From positions 372,001-436,000 of the forward strand of contig JBDOQK010000009.1 of NCBI GenBank assembly GCA_040437565.1: DNA of 64,000 nt, read 5' to 3'. This document shows, in pieces, positions 54,853 through 64,000 of the stretch (position 1 is its first letter; each line of letters opens with the position of its first letter). The notes under the pieces were generated by a model that ran no database searches, was not told the DNA's origin, and worked only from the letters and a program-made list of their open reading frames with translations. This DNA comes from Albugo candida (lineage: Eukaryota). The position numbers and the translations under genes were made by a program.

Positions 54853-57800
54853 ACGAGCGCACTTCAGAATGGATCTGAACCATCTACGGATGATCGCTAG
54901 CACCTGCTTTGCATCATCATCATCAAGGTATAGACCAATGATCTAAAAAAAGTTGATATTTGCTGCCGCTTCGTTTTTTACTCTCTGTCTGAAAGCAATT
55001 CTCTGTATCCATGTACAAAGCAGTACATAAGACCTTCTGTACCTTTCTTGATCAGAATACCAACATTCTTATCCGATACGCAAAGAAAACATGCCGCAAG
55101 TGGTGCTCTTGATAACGTTCTGAACCCTACTTTAAGGCTTTTATGAAATCCTAGAGGTGAGACCGGTGTGAGCCACTAGTGAGTATCCTTCAAGCAGTTC
55201 TATCGACATGACGCCACTTCAAAGCCAATGCAGAAGACCTTATGGCTTGCACTTGACCTGCATCTACTCTTTCGTCCGTGAACCTACAATTGGATTGTAT
55301 AACCTACGTCTATTCTTCTCAGTAGCAGCGCCCGCAGGTATCCGATTCTTCTGCAATTTCGCGACTTTTTTACTTGTTTACGATCAAAGACGCGGCAACA
55401 AGGATACATGCAAACAATCAGACACGGAACTCAGTAAATGTACAAAGTCCGACTCGTCAATGTTCTTTACTAACTTTACTCATGAAAATGGGCTCACATG
55501 ATGCAAACTTGCTGGAGAAAAACGTCAGCAATGCTGATTAAAAACAGTTGTGGGAAAAGCAAGTGTGCCAGTGGACGCAAAGAAGCTCGGCATCTTCTCG
55601 TTTCCACTCATCATGATATATGACAGCTTCTCAGCACAAAGCAAGCGTGGGACATATCAATGACACGACCGCCACTGCATCCAATTATGACGACAGAACA
55701 CATCGATAAGGACTGCCACGATTCGAGTCTTCGGCATTGAAAAATGCGTTGAAAGCTTGATGACCCAAGGTGCGCAAAGCAGATACACAATACGACAGTC
55801 AAATCGACTGCTTTCCCCCGTTGACGAATGCTTTACCGAGTAAACTAAAAAATGTAGCCAAATGCGACCGGCTTCTCCCATAAAGTGGTCTAGTGAGAGT
55901 GCACACAATTTGATAGCCTGTAATAACATCTAACACCGCAAAAGCTGATTCTTGTATGAACGATGAGCTTATATCAGAACTCTGACACTCGTTTGTCGGC
56001 AGCACATTTTCTCCGCTCCAAAAATGATAACGAGACTTCGCACTTGTCTGCTCTTGGTTTCCACTTCTTCTGACCATCTCAATCTCGCTGTGATCATGCC
56101 GAATGACGAATGACTCTGAACGAAGACATTNNNNNNNNNNNNNNNNNNNNNNNNNNNNNNNNNNNNNNNNNNNNNNNNNNNNNNNNNNNNNNNNNNNNNN
56201 NNNNNNNNNNNNNNNNNNNNNNNNNNNNNNCCCATAAAGTGGTCTAGTGAGAGTGCACACAATTTGATAGCCTGTAATAACATCTAACACCGCAAAAGCT
56301 GATTCTTGTATGAACGATGAGCTTATATCAGAACTCTGACACTCGTTTGTCGGCAGCACATTTTCTCCGCTCCAAAAATGATAACGAGACTTCGCACTTG
56401 TCTGCTCTTGGTTTCCACTTCTTCTGACCATCTCAATCTCGCTGTGATCATGCCGAATGACGAATGACTCTGAACGAAGACATTCGCACTTCGCTTTTTT
56501 CGTTGGAAAATACGACAAAATGTTGTCACAGAAAACCATCTCTGACCAATTGATGTATCTTTATACATTACTGAGATTGGTCGTCGGGGGCAGATCTCAC
56601 GCATGCTTTCACAACTGTGGTATCTTCCACTAAAGGCTCGAACACAATCAATGCAGCTTTATCTGTGTGACGCAGCCCGATACAAAATACTGGCTTTAGC
56701 TCGACAAGGGATATTCGGATACTCGATTGGAACCTCTTGCATGAGCAATTATTCAGCGTGATTGTATCGGTCCTTACAGGCCATGCTTTACGCACTCCAG
56801 TTGATCCCGAGATCCAAGGCCACCAATGCGAATGGATTGTAGGCAGCATGAGCCACAATTCCAGTGAAGGCTCGATCTAATACACCAACATGCATACCAC
56901 ATTTCACGCCATAGCTGGAGGGTCGCTATGTTCCGATCCAAGAAATCACTGGGCAACGATGCNNNNNNNNNNNNNNNNNNNNNNNNNNNNNNNNNNNNNN
57001 NNNNNNNNNNNNNNNNNNNNNNNNNNNNNNNNNNNNNNNNNNNNNNNNNNNNNNNNNNNNNNGGCAGCATGAGCCACAATTCCAGTGAAGGCTCGATCTA
57101 ATACACCAACATGCATACCACATTTCACGCCATAGCTGGAGGGTCGCTATGTTCCGATCCAAGAAATCACTGGGCAACGATGCGACGACGTCGGCTTTCG
57201 ATGCAAATTAGAAAGCAAAATATCGCCAGATATCATTTTTGGTTGCGAATTGTTTTGTGAATCGATGCAGTATTATGGTAGGGACCCAACTGGACCGAAG
57301 ATGTCGAGATTTCTGTTCTTTCATCGTCTTTTGTGATTGGCTGCAAAACGTATTTGCGAAATGAGAGTGTTCTACTCTGAGGTGAGAGGAAAGTGTTTTG
57401 ACTCAATCGTACATCAGGAACGTCCGCAAGTATTTCAACAGGCTCTCATTTTATTCCGTTAAATCCTAATTTTTGATAAGCATTCATACTGCATGAGAAG
57501 CCATTGACGTCCTCGTCGTTTGTCTAAAAGAGATCGAGTGTAATTTGTACAGCTACCAGGACTGTATATGTAATTAAACACACTTGATCTTTTTGCAAAT
57601 ACGATGATGCTGCGCAAGATCCGTTCCTTTGATATAATGGCACGTCTGTTGTACGCTATTTTCGACATTGTACGTCGAGTAGTTTGAAGGGATTTGATAC
57701 CAATGTCTGATTGCCTACTTTTTCGATCGCTTGGTTTGGCCGCAGAGATCTTGGTATGGTGAACTTATCTTTTGCTTATGCAACGATTCTCATATCGCTG

Positions 57801-58419
57801 CATTTTGTGACAGTGTACATTCTGCTGTTATCAGATCAGCTGAATTGCAGGATTGTGCTCTCATTGGGTTCGNNNNNNNNNNNNNNNNNNNNNNNNNNNN
57901 NNNNNNNNNNNNNNNNNNNNNNNNNNNNNNNNNNNNNNNNNNNNNNNNNNNNNNNNNNNNNNNNNNNNNNNNGGGATTTGATACCAATGTCTGATTGCCT
58001 ACTTTTTCGATCGCTTGGTTTGGCCGCAGAGATCTTGGTATGGTGAACTTATCTTTTGCTTATGCAACGATTCTCATATCGCTGCATTTTGTGACAGTGT
58101 ACATTCTGCTGTTATCAGATCAGCTGAATTGCAGGATTGTGCTCTCATTGGGTTCGGTCGCGTAGAGATTGCCTCACTGTATTCACTTAATTGACGATAG
58201 CATGATATCTGCGGTATGTTACTGTCACGTTTGACTCTTACATAATGTGTCACCTTAGCAGGACGGATAGTGTGATCCTACACTATCTTGGTCTGTAAAG
58301 CGAGAAAATGCAGTAGCAAGGTGAATTAATACAGTATAACGATTCATTTTGTATCCGATTACTTGCTGGTAAATTTAAGATTCTTCCTTGTCTAGTGTTC
58401 CACACAAGATGGAACGAGT

Positions 58420-59025
58420 CTACACCGTTGCGATGGAAACAACGAATGCGAAAAAGCCGCCAACGACGAACGAAAAACACACAGAAGTTGCGCGGGACTC
58501 GGTAGACGCAGATGCGTGTGCAGGCTTTTGTTCTTTTTTCTTTTGTATCTTTGATTTTCCCACATCTTCATCCTTTGACTCTGAATCAATTGCGCTTGTA
58601 GAGTTATCTGCGGAACTGGGCTCCACTTCATACGAACCATTTTCACCAGTCAAACTGTCCGTTTCATTCGATGGGTTGCCTGTTTTTCCCATCAACCACG
58701 TTGAGATTAGCCATCCATACGAAAGATTCGTTCCATTGATATTAACATCACACTGGATGAGTTGGTTCGCCCTCGAATTGATTTGATTCAGGACGTCGGT
58801 GCATTCTCTTGTGTGCGACAATACCTGAACCTGTTCTTCATTGGGATACTTGTCGAGCGAGAAGATGTCGTAGCCTGATTTGCTCTGACATATGTTGTTG
58901 TATTCCGTTCCATTGGGCAGCAGTGTACCTTGGATTTGAGGAATATCGCACGCATAATTGGTGTACACACATGTGAATATGGCCTCATACAAAAGCACAC
59001 AGAGACAGAGGGATTCGATTCGCAT
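58420..59025 (-). CDS. Elicitin-like (ELL) protein, secreted, probably GPI/membrane-anchored
   Basis: Signal peptide; elicitin-type pattern ACD...ICQSKSGYDIF...P..EQ...EC..V.NQI......CDV.ING; Ser/Thr/acidic linker; hydrophobic C-terminal tail. Confidence 0.8.
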   Translation of the reverse strand: MRIESLCLCVLLYEAIFTCVYTNYACDIPQIQGTLLPNGTEYNNICQSKSGYDIFSLDKYPNEEQVQVLSHTRECTDVLNQINSRANQLIQCDVNINGTNLSYGWLISTWLMGKTGNPSNETDSLTGENGSYEVEPSSADNSTSAIDSESKDEDVGKSKIQKKKEQKPAHASASTESRATSVCFSFVVGGFFAFVVSIATV

Positions 59026-60321
59026 AGTACAACTATTACAGTCCGACTCAAAGATTGATTTGCTTTGTTGGACGGAAAACCAAAAATGAAAGTGTGTGGA
59101 AAGTTTACACTCTTTTCATATTTTTGTATGAAAGTACTGGCTGCGTACTTGCGTTAGAATAGTAAATTCTCTTGGAGCACGGGTATTGAACTATCAACGC
59201 TCGACGCGTTTGACTGACGGCGAGCTATAGTCAACCCAGTACATTAGTCAATTGAGTGACGATAGCAAAAGATGCGAATATACGTATGGTACCATCGAGT
59301 CAGATAAGAAGACGAAATATTGAATCGTTCGATTTTATTACAAAAAGTCAGTAAATGCTGTGTACGACCGAGTGGCTAAAACCTATTTTTTATTAAGACG
59401 GTGCCATGCGAAAGGGAATAAACTGTAACAATAAAAGATGCGTGGACAATGTGTCGTATGATTCACGTTGGGCATTTGACTATCTAACTTTTTGTATGCT
59501 TGATAAGTCAGTTGGTGTTTATGGTCCAGCGTCAAGCGTAAGTATCTAGTGTGGCCAAGTATCGTCATACTAAACTTCTGAGAGTGTATGCAAGTAAGGA
59601 AAGGATATCTATTAAACACCCATCACTTTGCGAACGCGATGCATGGTTTCCGCAGCAATGATACTCGCTTTGGATGCTCCGTTCTCTAACACCGTATCAA
59701 GGTACTCTGGGTCCCGTTGATACTCTTTAATGCGACGTCCAATAGGTTGGATTCTGATCGAATAAGCAGTACGTGAATTTTGTAACAAACACAAATTTAT
59801 ACAAGAAACGTACTTNNNNNNNNNNNNNNNNNNNNNNNNNNNNNNNNNNNNNNNNNNNNNNNNNNNNNNNNNNNNNNNNNNNNNNNNNNNNNNNNNNNNN
59901 NNNNNNNNNNNNNNNGCGTTTGACTGACGGCGAGCTATAGTCAACCCAGTACATTAGTCAATTGAGTGACGATAGCAAAAGATGCGAATATACGTATGGT
60001 ACCATCGAGTCAGATAAGAAGACGAAATATTGAATCGTTCGATTTTATTACAAAAAGTCAGTAAATGCTGTGTACGACCGAGTGGCTAAAACCTATTTTT
60101 TATTAAGACGGTGCCATGCGAAAGGGAATAAACTGTAACAATAAAAGATGCGTGGACAATGTGTCGTATGATTCACGTTGGGCATTTGACTATCTAACTT
60201 TTTGTATGCTTGATAAGTCAGTTGGTGTTTATGGTCCAGCGTCAAGCGTAAGTATCTAGTGTGGCCAAGTATCGTCATACTAAACTTCTGAGAGTGTATG
60301 CAAGTAAGGAAAGGATATCTA

Positions 60322-61464
60322 TTAAACACCCATCACTTTGCGAACGCGATGCATGGTTTCCGCAGCAATGATACTCGCTTTGGATGCTCCGTTCTCTAAC
60401 ACCGTATCAAGGTACTCTGGGTCCCGTTGATACTCTTTAATGCGACGTCCAATAGGTTGGATTCTGATCGAATAAGCAGTACGTGAATTTTGTAACAAAC
60501 ACAAATTTATACAAGAAACGTACTTTGAGATCACTGCGTCCGCTACAACTTGTTTGAACGCACTGGTTTGATAATTCTCATATTGTGATACCAACGACGG
60601 GATAGCTGTTCCAGAAATCGCACTTAAGATCGAAAGCAAATTTGAAATGGCAGGTCGCTCAATTTTGTCGAATGAAATTCCACTTATCCCATCCGATTGT
60701 GCCTTTGAAATTTTCTTTTGTATCATCTTTTCAGTGTCATTCAAGTTGATACGAGCCCATGCAGAAGGATCGCTTTTACTCATCTTCTTGCTAGCGTCCC
60801 GTAAGCTCATAATACGACACATATCCTCTATTGGTACATATGGTGTCGGTATACCGAAAAGAGAGCACTTATAGCGGTGATTGAACGATGTGGCAATCAT
60901 TCGAGCAAGTTCAAGATGTTGTTTTTGATCGTCACCGACTGGAACTAGTGTCGCTCGATACAAGAGGATATCGGCAGCCATTAAAATTGGATATGCTAAC
61001 AATCCGAAGTTGGCATTTCTTGCTTGTTCTATCTTTGATTTGTATTGTGTCATTCGATGAAGCCATTTGAGAGGTGTAATGCATCCAAGTCGCCATGAAA
61101 GATCAGTATGATACGGAACATCGGACTGTTTGAAGATTGTGCATTTTGAAGGATCTAAGCCTACAGCGAGCAATGTTGCCAGAGTATTTCGGACGCGATG
61201 TTGCATTTCTTTGGGATCATACGGTACTGTTATGGCATGAAGATCCACAATTGTAAATAGCAAATCTTGGTTTTGTAACCCATTTTTGTGATGATTCTGT
61301 AATTCAACCCAGTGCGTGATTGCTCCACAAAAATTACCTAAATGAGGAATTCCGGTTGGCTGGATACCTGAAAGGATTCGGTTACATGACTGGTCGTGGG
61401 AAGAAGCGAGGGTGGAATCTGTGGTGAGGGTTGCGATCGCGACTACAAAACGACGTATTAACAT
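60322..61464 (-). CDS. WARS2: Tryptophanyl-tRNA synthetase, bacterial-type (mitochondrial), with a predicted 60-nt intron at 60464-60523
   Basis: SGIQPTG.PHLGN (HIGH), VDLHAIT, YPILMAADILLY, VPVGDDQKQHLEL and KMSKS. The Arg/Thr-rich N-terminus from ATG 61464 resembles a transit peptide; an in-frame upstream ATG exists at 61563. Confidence 0.93.
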   Translation of the reverse strand: MLIRRFVVAIATLTTDSTLASSHDQSCNRILSGIQPTGIPHLGNFCGAITHWVELQNHHKNGLQNQDLLFTIVDLHAITVPYDPKEMQHRVRNTLATLLAVGLDPSKCTIFKQSDVPYHTDLSWRLGCITPLKWLHRMTQYKSKIEQARNANFGLLAYPILMAADILLYRATLVPVGDDQKQHLELARMIATSFNHRYKCSLFGIPTPYVPIEDMCRIMSLRDASKKMSKSDPSAWARINLNDTEKMIQKKISKAQSDGISGISFDKIERPAISNLLSILSAISGTAIPSLVSQYENYQTSAFKQVVADAVISKYVSCINLCLLQNSRTAYSIRIQPIGRRIKEYQRDPEYLDTVLENGASKASIIAAETMHRVRKVMGV

Positions 61465-61938
61465 GACTATAAATATAGATGTGAAGATGTGCGAACCAGA
61501 GCATCTGCACCGTTTTGCGCGTTGGCACAAACTGATTTGAGACGGAAGGCGCCACAGGGTCATCGTCTAATGTACCCTGAGTTTCACCTAAGGTACGACG
61601 TGCGATTTTCACGATTGCAACGTTTCACGTCCGACTGTCTGAACGAACGGTTGGATATAAAAGCCTTGAGACACGCGAACTGTTTCTAGATGACATGGAT
61701 CACCTAACTAACGTCTTAATCACCTTGTCTGACAAAAACCGCTCTCCGATAGGTTCGGTGTAAAATATGCTGTGATAGTTTTATGAAGAGTACGGTAGTG
61801 CATCCGAAAAGATCAGGAACACGCTCTAGCTCCTCCCACATAGTCACGCTATATTTGAAAGGATAAGCGTTTGAACCAATCGCGAAAAAGCAACGGTCAC
61901 TTTACGTAAACATAAGTATTTTACGGAAGTAAGTCCCG

Positions 61939-63608
61939 ATGGTAAAAAAAGTTGGTACGCAACACTTGAATTTCTCCTACCAAATAATTCAGCGCAAACG
62001 AGTTTAATTCATTTCAGGCAAATATGTCATCGGGAAAACGCTGGGGGAGGGAACGTTTGGAAAGTGAGTATCTAGAAACCATCTGTTTTGTCATGTCGTG
62101 TTCTGATACCTTATATGAAGAGTGAAGTTTGCGGTAAACACAGAGACTGATGAGCGTGTGGCGATCAAAGTGCTGGATAAAGAGAAGATACAGAAACAGA
62201 ATATGGGTGCGCAGATAAAGAAAGAAATCTCAATCATGAAAATGGTCCGTCACAGACATGTTGTCGTTTTGAAGGAAGTCCTCGCAAGTCGGACCAAGGT
62301 TTGTGCATACCTGTGACACACTATCTGAGTACCTCACATTACTGTTACGAAAGATCTTTATCGTTTTGGAACTTATCACAGGAGGGGAATTATTCGATAA
62401 GATCGTCAGCGAGGGAAGGTACGTTCCCGAATATTGCAAAAAGACACCTCTGACTTTGCGTCATCGAATAGATTCAATGAGACAACTGCTCGCTTTTACT
62501 TCCAACAGTTGGTAGATGGTGTCCAATACTGTCATCAAAATGGTGTGTGCCACCGAGATTTGAAACCAGGTACGCTCATAGAAATAATCCAATCCAGTTG
62601 ATTAATTGCAATGCAGAGAATCTCTTATTGGACGAAAATGGAGATCTGAAGATTTCTGATTTTGGATTATCCGCTCTTTATGAAGGTGGCAATCCCGATG
62701 GAACAGGTGAGAGTACTCGTGCCGCTCTCCTTCATACGACTTGTGGTACACCCAATTACGTTGCACCCGAAGTGTTGGCGGACAAGGGGTATGATGGTCG
62801 GGCAGCCGATGTCTGGTCGATTGGGGTCATTCTATATGTCCTACTCGCGGGCTTCCTCCCTTTCGACGAGCCAACTATGTCAGCGCTGTTCCGAAAGATA
62901 CAAAAAGCTGAATTCTCGTATCCGAGTTGGTTTTCACCTTGCGTTATAAATCTTTTGAATCGCATTTTGGTGCCGGATCCTGAGCAAAGAGTCACATTGA
63001 CTGATATTCAGAGTGACGATTGGCTGTTGAATGGATCAGAAGAGAATACGCACTTTGTAAAGGAATCTATGCAATCGGATGTATCCCTTCCAAACGATAC
63101 TTATATGGAGGAACAAGAAAACAAACAGACGACATCAGCTCAGTACAAACCGAGTCAAGCAGAAATGGACGCTGCGATTATTGAGCATCCTGACGAAGTA
63201 GTACGTAGTACTAAGAAGACCAGAAGCGAGACCGGAATTAAGACAATGAATGCGTTCGACTTGATCAATATGTGTGGAGGTATGGCGTTGAATCGGATGT
63301 TTCAATCGAATGACGAAAAACAAGTCAAAAGGTGCACACAATTCACATCGACTCTACCCGCGTCCACTATAATGGCTCGATTGACAACGTATCTGGAGTC
63401 CCGACATTGTGAAATCACTGTCGATAGCACTTCCAAACTACGAGCCACTTTGCAAACACCCAAAGGAGCAGTTGGAGTGGTCATTCAGATTTACGTTTTG
63501 GCTGAAAATCTTCACTTGGTCGAAGTTCGGCGAGGAAAAGGCGATATTTTCGAATATCACAAATTCTTTTCGCAATTAAATGAGCAATTACAAGATCTCA
63601 ACGCGTGA
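61939..63608 (+). CDS. CIPK: CBL-interacting-type (SnRK3/CIPK) Ser/Thr kinase with NAF domain, 6 exons
   Basis: Exons 61939-61954, 62018-62063, 62121-62298, 62354-62418, 62472-62569 and 62617-63608 join via GT-AG introns to give [34 protein letters not shown], the NAF motif MNAFDLIN and a C-terminal VEVRRGKGD. Confidence 0.9.
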
Positions 63609-64000
63609 ATGGAACCTCTGCGTTTCAATATACTGATGTGCTTGCGTCGCAAGGAATGAAGTTTACATAATTGACGAGTTTGCTTGAGACTTGTACGTTT
63701 GAATTGTGTGAACTTTTTTTTATCAGGAATTTATAAAAGCGCTTTTGTATATTGCAATATTGAGGACGTGCCTTCTTTGTCGTCACTTTTTGCCACGAAA
63801 CCTTCATATGTTGCGATTGATTGTTTTTTATTGGACTGTAACCTTTCTGCCAAAAGAATTTGCAAGAGAATGTTTTATTGAAAGGGAAATGGTGTGAGTA
63901 GCAGAGGTCTCCTATCGGCAACCGTCAAACTATACAAGTTTCCAGTTTCAGTGTCGCCGATGAGGCCACAAGATAGTCTATATGATCAATGTAACCACAC

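Larger units (their letters stand above)
25300..57480 (+). repeat. Array of diverged multi-kb segmental duplications carrying the secreted family
   Basis: Homologous blocks seen by eye: 25340-25600 with 52550-52800; 26190-26888 with 53070-53810; 32500-33260 with 47450-47930; 28810-29600, 34570-35600, 48570-49420 and 54890-55720 with each other; 49200-51950 with 55500-57480. Confidence 0.8.

Noticed and set aside
58388-58786. Antisense and short overlapping ORFs in the track (e.g. 58388..58786, 3578..4105, 60647..60874)
   Set aside because: They are shadows of genes or TE ORFs on the opposite strand with no independent motifs; ORFs spanning N-runs are also artefactual.
1002-60525. Exact direct repeats of about 100-600 bp on either side of 14 of the 100-N gaps, including an apparent second TrpRS 3' end at 59612-59815
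   Set aside because: They always straddle a fixed-length gap, and removing one copy restores reading frames. These are unmerged contig overlaps, not tandem duplications.

Overview
Eukaryotic DNA, almost certainly oomycete (elicitin-like gene, 47-63 nt GT-AG introns, Inr/FPR-like promoters; possibly Albugo-like, which is inference only). It is a draft scaffold with 22 100-N gaps, 14 of them flanked by duplicated sequence (unmerged overlaps), which falsely splits several genes. Ordinary genes sit at the edges: an FN3-like repeat protein, a two-domain SERGT1/HPAT-like glycosyltransferase, an elicitin-like GPI protein, mitochondrial-type TrpRS and a NAF-domain CIPK kinase. 3.5-23 kb is TE-rich: a Copia nested in a Gypsy/chromovirus LTR, a second Copia fragment, a 558-bp MITE and two MULE transposases. 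25-57.5 kb is gene-sparse and built from multi-kb segmental repeats. Each repeat carries one member of a four-copy family of secreted proteins (241-267 aa where complete) that I do not recognise. Members keep the promoter, signal peptide, Cys/Gly skeleton and a W-x-[LI]-G-[YW]-x2-L-Q motif but diverge strongly elsewhere, and no RxLR, LFLAK or CHxC/CCG motif is visible. This candidate effector family is the most interesting signal. A decayed CHD-type helicase copy lies between two members.
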